DNA from: a virus | Virus record (IMG/VR): IMGVR_UViG_3300025010_000007 | Span: 1 to 64,000 of that record | Length of the DNA: 64,000 nt | Direction: 5' to 3' (one strand) | Part shown: one piece after another, positions 39,701-48,524 of the stretch | Position numbering within the stretch: position 1 is the first letter of the stretch | Layout of the letters: every line of letters starts with the position of its first letter | Notes under the pieces: generated by a model | Told to the model about the DNA's origin: nothing | Database searches by the model: none | The model's input: the letters and a program-made list of their open reading frames with translations, nothing else | Translations under genes and position numbers: made by a program

Positions 39701-39813
39701 TTGTCGTTTATAACCTGCTCCTCGCCGGGCCTAAATCCGATTGTATTTCCTTTTTCGCCAGGCTCCAAGCTATCTAAAATAGCTTCTTCCCAGTCGCTAT
39801 TTGGCAGTTTCAT
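36784..39813 (-). CDS. Prohead protease-scaffold-major capsid polyprotein
   Basis: NGNVRLYP, GEHPHP, GFSNR, WDIVLNP (T4 gp21/herpes-type protease motifs), Ala-rich coiled coil, then capsid-sized domain; no other MCP candidate. Confidence 0.85.
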   Translation of the reverse strand: MKLPNSDWEEAILDSLEPGEKGNTIGFRPGEEQVINDNATDDNTAPVTDALTDDPQMAEILAATTAVGLLAIKKKLANSALTEVDRRIYYEAIGAKCSAEFGYWDIGYAVRKEQEAQKIAAQAGFQMQNATVTVVSDAQHGAITDEAGEMQDVCISAAVAITDNAGKPSGWYRQTVSKVDAINGNVRLYPRPVYGPALKALSDAGFPYAGEHPHPRSFKGADGRVLFDSKVPNQAVKFRKADIDAAGNVIAEFKPLQTDMGKQVQAMLDAGLPIGFSNRMTGKLVPARVNGKQVGVAKQLTLYTWDIVLNPAEVDAFDTPQQLTDSAVSEILDQLNKKEGDNVPKFHLMTLAELKAWKAQNADNEYVGICDSMIAAKEQADQHTALTDELNKFRQAEETRQAEVVAAQAKTAAQQALTDAVTALPYDQKTKDALIKKGEAITDAAQVVGFIEQEKAFVDSIAISSKLAALGVPMAGRVAVIDPEIQIGAAAQPWRPIVDNLQAALDDQIKIRTGALPDPDLRKANRSILNNILARMDRENNPEYTKYMKTLTDSAQVITDGAITDSAISTTGDFAQAPIISQAIMEQVWQDLMFLQLVMAEPFSGTTHKILSEITSMDLYSQDDLIVGEIDGIPTEGVSTVTLEFGAEWMKRGTVVTKEAMRELQTGPFNYDVLARNLANLAMRFSRYIDQRLSLEMLHISDEYQSVAVTNEAVAAAEIAVAVPGTNVPTGSNAAWIVSLLCGYSTGVIGATVPPVVRPRVRQYIDPAGQKQTTTAKPITAKLGVATLTRGTWDPVTGKISAGADYAVDFENAKVYLTEASGVDNDTNKPTISYSYATNISFFNLTVPSGVEAAKYYNRLLELFDYEKAYMGGAPRYSVPNFGIGSLNAMVNAKIAELFYKSASPEGTNLLQGRMYFATRNGLQLGEVNVPWVAGDKRILLGKINATRFGTGSPMQIEGPDPYYTTDGKITSAKQYHATQQISIATPLVTDKDGVTYNPPYRTIKFYNS

Positions 39814-39916
39814 AATATCCCCCTTTCATAAGTTAAAGAAAGTTAATAGTAACGTGTCGGTTCTCTCGCCTTTGCCAAATCTATTCACCGTCCTTGCTAT
39901 TTACTTTTTTAGCTTT

Positions 39917-42900
39917 TTAATCTACTGGCAATAAACTGCATCGGCAGTTGCCACACCAGGCAGCTTTTCCATTTCGTCTAACCCAGAGAATGTGGTTTTT
40001 CTCTAGTTCTACACAATAAACCTTATCGTCATAGTATTTATTGAGTATTTTAACGCCGTTCTTTCTACCTCGCTGATAGATTGAACACTTCTTGTTGTTG
40101 ATGTAGATTACCCATATATCGTGGTTTATCGTGTATGTTCCGTTACTGAAAACCTGTTGTTTGCCCTTGGTTTTGCGCAAAGTAAAAGACGGGTAGAATC
40201 CCGCCTTCAAAATAACTTCACCGAGGTCTGATGCCATTAACGTTGAGTAGGTGTCAATTTTTCTACCAATAGACTTAAATTCTTTTTCCTTCCAACTGGT
40301 TACTTTTATATTTCCATCCCCAAGCACATAAGCATCAAGGAATAGGTTTAACTGCTCTCTTGGTAGTTTCTTTATTTCTTCGGGAACATATCTTACATGT
40401 TGCTGTCCCATTTGCTCAAGATATTTACCAAGTGGAACGCTGTTAATATAAAACTTACCCTGTCCCCTATTAACCTTAACTGGCATATCTTTAATGTCAT
40501 TGTAAATCTTTTTATAATTATCCGTTTTTTCTTGGGTAATAGAAATTTGATAAGCATTTTCTCCACGCTTAACAGTAGAACCTTCACTCAGATAATAACC
40601 CATAAACTTAGTAAAAATATCTACAGGTATTTGCAGTCCGTTAATATCAATATGTCTTAAATACTCACCAGACCAATTACAAACTTTATTAACGTAAAAC
40701 TCGGACAAATCCATTAATTTACCTGCATCAACAAGACCCCATCTTAGTTTTCTTTTAGCACCCTTACGCTCTCCAATATACATTTGATGATTAGGAGTAA
40801 CCATCATGTCAAGACTATTAGATTTTAAACTTATCATATCGCCTTCATAGCTGTAGGAGATGTTTTTAACACTTGATGTCCATTCCGGTTGATGCGTCTC
40901 TGGATTTAAGGATAAAAACTTCTCGTCACCAATCAGTTTGGAAAACTTTATCCAACCTCTATCAGTATAGACTTCTGTTTCTTTGTCGTAACAGCGCGGG
41001 TGAGCCGGACAATCTGGATGATTGTCTATCGGATACGTTTCCCCATTCCGCCCCCGGCATATAGGGCACGTCCGTTGGTCTAACACTGCCGACCATTCTA
41101 CACGAGCAAAGCCAGCGTCCCGGTATATTCGCTTAGCACTTCGATTATATGCCCAGCTGAGTTCCGTTCTCGCTATCATCTCTGCCCGAACTTCATTCAC
41201 AATAATAGGCTGCAACTGCTTCATAATGTTTTTCCAGCCTAGATCCTGCTCAAAACCTTCGGTCAAGGCTCCTCGAATTTGTTTAAGGGTTGTATCTTTA
41301 ATCCCCTTAATACGTTTTCCAGATTCATTAAACAAATCATCTCGGATGTCACTTTTTACAATACGAGGTTTGATTTTTACACCACTGGTACCGGGCGGGA
41401 CATCACCACTACCACCTTGTCCGCCAGAACTACTTTTAGCCTCTACCAACTGCAAAGCTCTTACTGCACCAATAACTGCAGCTTCGGTCATTTGATTTGT
41501 GATACCCACCTGGTATTTACTTTCTTTTTCGTCCCATGCATCCTCCAAAACCGTAATAATGGAATCCTCTGAGAATTCGTTGACCTCATCGGTTACTGAG
41601 ACATCTCCACTATATTTAAGCATCCGAGTATAAACGGCACGAAAAAAACGCAGTACGGTTGCCTGCGCTTTCTGCTCTATCGCTTCCATGACCGGACGGT
41701 CTTCCAGGAGAACATCTGTAACCAGGTTATCCTCGCTTTCCTCTTCCTCCGGGTCTTCGCCAGGTTTTAGCTTGTCCCTTGCAATGTTGGGTTTAGCTGC
41801 AGCCATGACCGCCCTGTCCCGGGCCTCTTCCTCTTCAACCAGTCGGGCCATCTCTTCTGGATCCTCAATATCAAAATCGTTAGCAGATGCCTGGATAGCC
41901 TTTAACCGAGTAATAACTTTAACACCCTTGTTTGCACCCAGGGCTTTTTGAACCCTGTCCATGCGCTCATTGGGTGTTTCGTCAGTTTTATCACTCCAAA
42001 CAATGTCGTAACTAATAGCATCAGGGTTAATCCCGGTCAATAATAGCTGCAAATCAATAATTGCTCTTAACCCAGAGAACGGTCCGGGATCACCATACTC
42101 CAACACATCAGTTATATCCTCCAGAGTCTGCAGGTAGTGCGGGTACTGGACTTTTAGCACATCCCGGTTAATGTCTGCACCGGCTGTCAGTACAGCTTTC
42201 GGTACACTTAGATTCAGCCAAAGCAGTTCCTCGAAATATTTAACGTCGTCCATCTCACTCAGGTTAGTAGTATCATTTAGTGCCGTTACTTGTGCAGTAC
42301 CTACGAAGTCAGACAAGAGATGTGCGTTTTTTGTTGGGTTACCATCCTTATCAACAAGCCCAACGTTACGCATGTACTCAACGACCTGAGTTTCCCCTGT
42401 ATTGTCTGGAAGTTTATGACTCCTCTTTTTAACACTTCGGAATTCCCGCCTTATGGCCGTTGCTCGCTCCATCCTCTGTAGGATGCTAAATATAGCTCTG
42501 GCAGATTTATAGTGACTTGTGCCGTAATTTTCTGTTTCCTCACACAGCCACCGGATATGATTCATTTGAAACAGGGCAAAGTGTCCTCTTGCCTCGCTCG
42601 GAGGACCAATTTCCATTAGGGTATGTATTTGGGTTTTAGGGTCTATCTGACTGAACGCCTTTTCTGGGTCTGGGAATTCACCATACTCATCATTGTTTCT
42701 CTTGATTGTCAGTACCGGTCCTTGGCGAACATCCAAAATTAATCCGGCAGCTAAATCAACCAATGGATTTAGAAACAAGTCGCCATCCCGGACTAAACCC
42801 CTGGTATAACCTTTTGCCTTAGCCTGTAATTTAGTTCGCGTCAGTAAGTCGTCTATAACCTGCTGGGCTATATTAGCACCCGGTGTTAGACGTTTTAGCA

Positions 42901-43195
42901 CCGACTTCCCTTTCTTTCGCCTGGCCTGCCTATACGTTTCGCTGCCGTGTACCACAACCTTAAATCCCCCACGCGCTGCATCGGCGGCCAGCCTAAGATT
43001 AGTCATCGTAAAACGGAGATCATGCTTGACTAACTTTTGAACATCACGGACAACAGATATACGATCAGTTGCAAGCTTAAACTGCTCATATATATAAAGC
43101 TGTGGCGACTCAGCATAGCTTACTTTGGCTGATTCGGTTGTTTTTGTTGTACGGTCTGGTTCAGGAGTAACCTTAGAGCGCCCAAAGAAATCCAT
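39917..43195 (-). CDS. Portal protein fused to MuF/SPP1-gp7 minor head domain, intein-containing
   Basis: Follows terminase; RAEMIARTEL..DQRTCPIC..PAHPR|intein|CRC. Confidence 0.88.
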   Translation of the reverse strand: MDFFGRSKVTPEPDRTTKTTESAKVSYAESPQLYIYEQFKLATDRISVVRDVQKLVKHDLRFTMTNLRLAADAARGGFKVVVHGSETYRQARRKKGKSVLKRLTPGANIAQQVIDDLLTRTKLQAKAKGYTRGLVRDGDLFLNPLVDLAAGLILDVRQGPVLTIKRNNDEYGEFPDPEKAFSQIDPKTQIHTLMEIGPPSEARGHFALFQMNHIRWLCEETENYGTSHYKSARAIFSILQRMERATAIRREFRSVKKRSHKLPDNTGETQVVEYMRNVGLVDKDGNPTKNAHLLSDFVGTAQVTALNDTTNLSEMDDVKYFEELLWLNLSVPKAVLTAGADINRDVLKVQYPHYLQTLEDITDVLEYGDPGPFSGLRAIIDLQLLLTGINPDAISYDIVWSDKTDETPNERMDRVQKALGANKGVKVITRLKAIQASANDFDIEDPEEMARLVEEEEARDRAVMAAAKPNIARDKLKPGEDPEEEESEDNLVTDVLLEDRPVMEAIEQKAQATVLRFFRAVYTRMLKYSGDVSVTDEVNEFSEDSIITVLEDAWDEKESKYQVGITNQMTEAAVIGAVRALQLVEAKSSSGGQGGSGDVPPGTSGVKIKPRIVKSDIRDDLFNESGKRIKGIKDTTLKQIRGALTEGFEQDLGWKNIMKQLQPIIVNEVRAEMIARTELSWAYNRSAKRIYRDAGFARVEWSAVLDQRTCPICRGRNGETYPIDNHPDCPAHPRCYDKETEVYTDRGWIKFSKLIGDEKFLSLNPETHQPEWTSSVKNISYSYEGDMISLKSNSLDMMVTPNHQMYIGERKGAKRKLRWGLVDAGKLMDLSEFYVNKVCNWSGEYLRHIDINGLQIPVDIFTKFMGYYLSEGSTVKRGENAYQISITQEKTDNYKKIYNDIKDMPVKVNRGQGKFYINSVPLGKYLEQMGQQHVRYVPEEIKKLPREQLNLFLDAYVLGDGNIKVTSWKEKEFKSIGRKIDTYSTLMASDLGEVILKAGFYPSFTLRKTKGKQQVFSNGTYTINHDIWVIYINNKKCSIYQRGRKNGVKILNKYYDDKVYCVELEKNHILWVRRNGKAAWCGNCRCSLLPVD
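39947..40993 (-). mobile_element. Intein (349 aa) with LAGLIDADG homing endonuclease
   Basis: CYDKETEVYTDRGW start, VTPNH block B, FMGYYLSEG and FLDAYVLGDG, VYCVE..WCGN end, +1 Cys. Confidence 0.93.
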
Positions 43196-43266
43196 AACTT
43201 TCGTGAATATATTAGCTATTTTTTATCACCACCTTTGCAAAAGAAAAACACCCGGTTATCCAGGTG

Positions 43267-43602
43267 TTATCCGTATTTCTTTTTAGCCTTCTCCAGGTTT
43301 CCCCTAGCTTCAGTAGCTCCTTGTTCTATATTCCTATAGTGCTCAATCATTGCCCTGTAAGCTCTAATTGCTTTTTCATCATCAATCCCGACTACTTGCC
43401 CTGGACGTTTTTCCTCCAGCACCACAGACGCCTTTTCAAAACCATCGGCCAAGGATTTAACCGATTCCTCCAGCAGTGTAGCCTGCTCAATTAACTCATG
43501 CCAGTTGATATCCAGGCTTAACCTAAAAGATAAGGGGTTTTCTTGGTTTGCCTCATTTTTGTTCACAATTCCAAGGGAAACGATTTTACCTTTATCAGCC
43601 AT
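43267..43602 (-). CDS. Moron, coiled-coil hypothetical protein
   Basis: Own sigma-H-like promoter (43636-43660) and terminator (about 43241-43269) between terL and portal. Confidence 0.7.
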   Translation of the reverse strand: MADKGKIVSLGIVNKNEANQENPLSFRLSLDINWHELIEQATLLEESVKSLADGFEKASVVLEEKRPGQVVGIDDEKAIRAYRAMIEHYRNIEQGATEARGNLEKAKKKYG

Positions 43603-43665
43603 CAGAGCACCTCTCTTTATAGTTATTAGGACTATATTCGACGCGCTCTGCCGCTTTCCTTTAAT

Positions 43666-45192
43666 TTACCAATCATCTTCTGTATCTCCGAAAACTGCTG
43701 AAATATCAGCCTTGACAGACATGCCTACAATATGTTTAATGTTTTTCGCTGCTCGCATAAGGTACCCCAAACACTTCATAAAATCATCATGCCCCTCAGT
43801 CTCATTAACAAAAAACTTAAGCTTTTGATGAGCCTTTATTTCATAGCGGCAAAGCCTTACTTGTTCCCAAAATTCCTTATATTCCTCGCTGCTATCATCG
43901 GCAAACATTTTTAATAACCCGGTATTTACCCGAGCCAATATATCAAAACCATCCTCGCTATTCGTTACATCAGTTGACTGATGCTCCTCTAATTGGTGAT
44001 ATTTTTTTGCCAGCCAGGAGGATATATCTGCACCAATACCACGGGCATCAGAAATAACAAACTCGGGCCGCCATAACTGCAGATCAGATAAAAGTTCCAA
44101 CTTTTGCTGGTCGAAGTCATGACCAGTGCGGTAAGTTATCTCCACAACATTTATTCGGGGGTCGGTATTAATCGCATCACAAACTGAGAAATCAAGTTCC
44201 CCAATTATGAGCACCGTACTATCCTTTTGTGGCTTTAAACCCCGCAGGACTGCATCTTGAGCTTCCTCATCCTTACCGGCAATATCTATCGCAGCTACAT
44301 ACCGGCGACCTACTTTAGGTTTATGGTATCGCTTATGTTCCCCCTGTAGCTTTGCCTTCTGCTGCTCGTTAAAAAACTTGCCAGCAGCGGCAATGGCCTT
44401 TAGCAAGTACTGAGTTTGAATAATCGGGTGCTCTAATCCAAGACGCTCAACTTCGCGGTTAAAGTATGTTTTATAATCCGGATTATGCTTGGCTACCTCA
44501 TAGGCATCATATTCAAAATGGTACCTTTCCTCCGGTGGTAAATCCTTAACACGGCAGCCCAGTTCCCGAGCCCGGCCCTCATCCTTCTTAATATTTATCT
44601 GCCGCTGCTTTTCCAACATGTTGTCAGTGTCCCAGGCAGTACCCCAAAACACCGTTGTAACTGCTTTGTTAGCACCCATTGGAGCGAAGTCTTTATCATA
44701 CTTCTGTTGATTTACGTCCTGAGCTTCGTCTATCTCCAGGAGTATATCAGCTGTAGCACCGACTACTTGAGCAGTTGGTTCGGCAGAAAAAAAGGCTATT
44801 CGTGCCTTACCCAGCACCCTCATAAATCCAAAGCTCCCCCGGTGAAGCTTACGAGTGAGCGGGTTATCCAAGACCTCCTGAAGCCGAATCATCGAGTTTA
44901 CAATTTGCGGCTTCCAGGTAGGAGCCGCCTTCACAATGGTTCCACCCCGCTTTTTATTCCGGGTAAGCAAAAAACCCTCCAATTGTGCGGAGGATTCGTT
45001 TTTTCCACTTTGGCGGGACATCATCACAGTAATGATTTTGGATTTTTTATTTTCGATACTATCAATAGTGCAGAGTAATGGGTCTACCTGGTACGGACGA
45101 AGGGCTTTACTTTTTCTTAAGCGACGGGAGAATTGCCTAATATCCCGGATAATTAAACGAATAACCGCCTTTTTGCGTTCTCGTTTATCCAT
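43666..45192 (-). CDS. terL: Terminase large subunit
   Basis: MSRQSGKN Walker A, LEIDEAQ Walker B, AAIDIAG and HDD nuclease acids. Confidence 0.93.
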   Translation of the reverse strand: MDKRERKKAVIRLIIRDIRQFSRRLRKSKALRPYQVDPLLCTIDSIENKKSKIITVMMSRQSGKNESSAQLEGFLLTRNKKRGGTIVKAAPTWKPQIVNSMIRLQEVLDNPLTRKLHRGSFGFMRVLGKARIAFFSAEPTAQVVGATADILLEIDEAQDVNQQKYDKDFAPMGANKAVTTVFWGTAWDTDNMLEKQRQINIKKDEGRARELGCRVKDLPPEERYHFEYDAYEVAKHNPDYKTYFNREVERLGLEHPIIQTQYLLKAIAAAGKFFNEQQKAKLQGEHKRYHKPKVGRRYVAAIDIAGKDEEAQDAVLRGLKPQKDSTVLIIGELDFSVCDAINTDPRINVVEITYRTGHDFDQQKLELLSDLQLWRPEFVISDARGIGADISSWLAKKYHQLEEHQSTDVTNSEDGFDILARVNTGLLKMFADDSSEEYKEFWEQVRLCRYEIKAHQKLKFFVNETEGHDDFMKCLGYLMRAAKNIKHIVGMSVKADISAVFGDTEDDW

Positions 45193-46156
45193 CGACCAAC
45201 CCTTCTTCTTCAATCACTTCATCTAGAAGAATATCGTCATCCCCGCTACCTTTTGCCTTCTCGATATCAGCCTTCAGTTTTTCAATACGTAATCTGTGCT
45301 CTTCAACTACCAGGCCCTTAAGCTCATATCTTTCCACCATATCTTCATAACGCAAAATAAGACCCTCCAAGGTCTTCATAGCAGTGCTCTGGGCTTTCAA
45401 GAAACCAGCCTGCTTATCCCATGCAAATTGGAGCTCCCATTCTTTCTCCCAGCTATCACTTTGCATACCGCTGGTTTCCTTCTGGCGTTTCAAGACCTTA
45501 GTTAAATCATCCTGATCCTTAACAAACATAATCTTCTGCGCCCTGGCTATAGCTGTATACTGAATCACAATTTGTTCCCAAAGAATATCCAGAGGACTTT
45601 TTTCTATAATCTCATTTACAATGGCCCTGGTCTCCTCATCATCGGGGAATATACGAGCAAAGAACCCGTGTTTCAGGTTGTTTTGTGTTCCCGGTGACGG
45701 ACCCGTACTCTTCCCCCCGTGAAACTTGCACTTATCTTTACCCGGCTCCGCCTTCTTCTTACAGCGCTCCCCAGTCCCTTTACATTTCGCGGTACACTGG
45801 CCCGGTCGGCCATCCAGGTGAATCTGGCAGAAACGCTCCCCATCTAAAGCCTTATTACGGCAGCGTTCACCAGACTTATGGCCCATAGCTTCACATTGGC
45901 CGGGGAAAGGATCTGTCTTGTTTTCTGTTGTAGTACTACACTCAGTATCTGTAGTACTACAGTTATTTTTTGTAGTACTACACTTTTCTTTTTGTGATAC
46001 TACATTCCATTTATCCCGACACTTCCAGGCACTAATTGTTTTTTCTTTTTCTCCGAGCAGTTCAGCAATTTGACGATTAGTTATGTTTCCATCATGTTCG
46101 ATCCATATTTGACATGCCTTTTCTCTATTTGGATTACGAACTACACGGGACATCAC
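45185..46156 (-). CDS. terS: Terminase small subunit with HGGxSTG zinc-finger insert
   Basis: N-terminal HTH ..WKCRDKW, CKFHGGKSTG, NNLKHGFFA, RIEKLKA. Confidence 0.9.
   Translation of the reverse strand: MMSRVVRNPNREKACQIWIEHDGNITNRQIAELLGEKEKTISAWKCRDKWNVVSQKEKCSTTKNNCSTTDTECSTTTENKTDPFPGQCEAMGHKSGERCRNKALDGERFCQIHLDGRPGQCTAKCKGTGERCKKKAEPGKDKCKFHGGKSTGPSPGTQNNLKHGFFARIFPDDEETRAIVNEIIEKSPLDILWEQIVIQYTAIARAQKIMFVKDQDDLTKVLKRQKETSGMQSDSWEKEWELQFAWDKQAGFLKAQSTAMKTLEGLILRYEDMVERYELKGLVVEEHRLRIEKLKADIEKAKGSGDDDILLDEVIEEEGLVDG
45929..46004. repeat. Phased 12-bp palindromes TGTAGTACTACA inside terS
   Basis: Starts at 45929, 45950, 45971 and a degenerate copy at 45993. Confidence 0.8.
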
Positions 46157-46185
46157 CTCACCTTCTTTGCTTCGATGTCAAACAG

Positions 46186-46204
46186 AAAAGAGCCCGAAGG
46201 CTCT
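46186..46204 (-). terminator. Intrinsic terminator (near-identical twin at 46896-46914)
   Basis: AGAGCC-TTCG-GGCTCT-TTT on the minus strand. Confidence 0.7.
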
Positions 46205-46816
46205 CTAATCTCTTGGTTGTTCTAACATTATATTTTTAATAATTGGCATTAAATCATAGTTAAAATTATAGTGTTTTATTTGTTTTTTCTCATATGACTT
46301 ATATCGCAATACAAAAGTTACATTTGATTCTTTTAGATGTGACTTAATATCAGGTATTTTATCTTGATACTGAAAACCTTCTCCATAACCGTCTATCTCC
46401 AATTTTATTCCAAGTGATTTAACTATTTGTTGATATGGAGATAGTGGACATAAGCCAGTTGGATCTGATATTTCTAATTGTCGATATATTTCACCCCTAA
46501 TAACTCCTTTGTGTTCTAATTTACATTTAATTTCTCCTAAGGCTATAGCATTTGCACCAATATTCCTTATTAGTACAGGTATGCCGATAAGAAAGTGTAC
46601 AGGAGTATTACAGTATCGACCACCAACCGCTTCAGTGTATTCTTTTGGGCTCATATAAAGATGTATTTCAGGTTTACCCTTTTTAAACCTTGTAAAATAC
46701 AGTGCCATGCCAGAAAAAACCAATGATATAAACGATAGAACTACTGATATAGATGCTGGCAAATAATCTATCCAAGTCTTGTGACTCGAATAAAAATTAA
46801 ACACAAAAGGGAACAT
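46205..46816 (-). CDS. Moron, single-TM protein
   Basis: AT-rich; sigma-H-like promoter 46857-46881. Confidence 0.7.
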   Translation of the reverse strand: MFPFVFNFYSSHKTWIDYLPASISVVLSFISLVFSGMALYFTRFKKGKPEIHLYMSPKEYTEAVGGRYCNTPVHFLIGIPVLIRNIGANAIALGEIKCKLEHKGVIRGEIYRQLEISDPTGLCPLSPYQQIVKSLGIKLEIDGYGEGFQYQDKIPDIKSHLKESNVTFVLRYKSYEKKQIKHYNFNYDLMPIIKNIMLEQPRD

Positions 46817-46912
46817 TAATAAACACTCCTAAAACACAATCTCTCCAACTACTGATATTCGACATAAGGGGATGTTTTCCTCTATAACCAATATAAAAAG
46901 AGCCCGGAGGCT

Positions 46913-47518
46913 CTAATTATGCATTTCAGCTAACTGATGTATTTTTCTAAATAAGTTTTTATAGCTATGTTCCATTCCATCGATAAGTACTTCATAGATC
47001 ATAACTCTATAATCTGTAAGTTTTGCAATATTAAAATATTTCCCCCCAAACAACTCAAGGCCAAGAATATCAGCACTAAATTCGCACTTATCGTATGAAT
47101 CTTTCATATAATCAACCGTACTAATATCATGCTTAATCCTATCCATAAGTCCATATAACTTATTTATTAAGACTAGTTCATCGAAAGTTAAATTCTCACT
47201 TAAGTTTGCTATATGCATTGAAAAACCGCCACATATTGAGATGTTCTCCGGTGCTCTTCCTACATTCGGCTTTTCATTTTGATTTCTTATCCTAATTATT
47301 TCCCTTACTGCAGTAAATGTATCAATAATAATTATCCTTGCGCTAGTTCTCACACTTTTATCTTGCTCTTCTTTTTCTTTTTCTTTTTGCTCATTAATTA
47401 CTTCTTTATGGGCATTAATGCTATCTTTAGCTGCTCTTTTACTACCCCAATAACTCGCCAACCCACTCGCCAACCCACCAATTACTGAGCCTGCAAGACC
47501 TACTAATCCTGCTAACAA
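46913..47518 (-). CDS. Moron, N-terminal TM protein
   Basis: AT-rich; sigma-H-like promoter 47555-47580. Confidence 0.7.
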   Translation of the reverse strand: MLAGLVGLAGSVIGGLASGLASYWGSKRAAKDSINAHKEVINEQKEKEKEEQDKSVRTSARIIIIDTFTAVREIIRIRNQNEKPNVGRAPENISICGGFSMHIANLSENLTFDELVLINKLYGLMDRIKHDISTVDYMKDSYDKCEFSADILGLELFGGKYFNIAKLTDYRVMIYEVLIDGMEHSYKNLFRKIHQLAEMHN

Positions 47519-47975
47519 TGTCGTTTCAATGTGAAATCACCTCCCAATTGTTTACTTCGGCAAGGTTAAGGATTTTTCCTGTTTTTTAACCATCTGTAGT
47601 TAAACCTTACTTTGGGCCGCATCTGGTTTGTTTCATAAGTGGCAACCATACGCGCCATAAAGTCTTTGGCTGTCAGGCCTGATTGCTCAATGAGCGCTGC
47701 CAGGCCCAACATATAGAATTTGTCCATTTATAAACCGTCCCGCGGTCAATATTTAATTCTTGTGCTATATCATACTGACATAAGAACAAAAGAAGCCTCG
47801 CGGCCTCTCATTTCTTTTTATATTTATTTCTAAACTCTTCCAACATCTTCTCTTTCTCTGACTTTATATCCTTATACCAGTTCGGAATAAGTTCCCACTT
47901 ACCACCAACACATTTGAAATCATTGGGGTTAACCGGGCTCACTTTCAAGGGGTCTGCGCCAACCACTTTCCGCAT

Positions 47976-48437
47976 CTAAATTACCCCCTTATATATATGT
48001 TGCGATCGTATGACAAGCCCGATCTTTTTTTCTGCCCTAATAACAAATCTCTGTACACTGCCTTTTGTGCAGCCCATTAACTTCCCGGCCTGCGCGAATG
48101 AATAGCCTCTACCCCGAACCAAATCAAACGCATACCGTTCCCGCTCGGTCAGGTTTTTCATTAAACTATCCAACAAATCTAGTACATGTTCGGGGGCAGA
48201 TTCTGTAGATGTTCTGTTAGTGATGAACTGCGACAATTCAGTAGGATCAACTGATATTTCGCGCCTGTCTTTAGGCAGTCGCCCAACCTGCCAAGTGGTT
48301 CCTGGTATGCGCCCGGTCTCCATAATCTCAATCGCAAAGCTGGCGTCAGAGATCATGTTGCTGCTCTCCACTGGTACCACTTTAGCTGTACGTAAGTTTT
48401 TTATTGACTGCTTGTATTCCTGGATCAGACTCTGCAT
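47976..48437 (-). CDS. Sigma-70 region-4 late transcription factor (PBSX Xpf-like)
   Basis: MQSLIQEYK..MISD..GRIPG..LTERERYAF..GYSFAQAG..KGSVQ..RAEKKI; upstream of terminase. Confidence 0.75.
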   Translation of the reverse strand: MQSLIQEYKQSIKNLRTAKVVPVESSNMISDASFAIEIMETGRIPGTTWQVGRLPKDRREISVDPTELSQFITNRTSTESAPEHVLDLLDSLMKNLTERERYAFDLVRGRGYSFAQAGKLMGCTKGSVQRFVIRAEKKIGLVIRSQHIYKGVI

Positions 48438-48524
48438 CAAATCCACCCCCAAAAAAATATGTATTAGCCAGGCGTTAACCTGGCTTGTATTGCTTATTTA
48501 ACTAACAATATCTCGCATTGCCTT

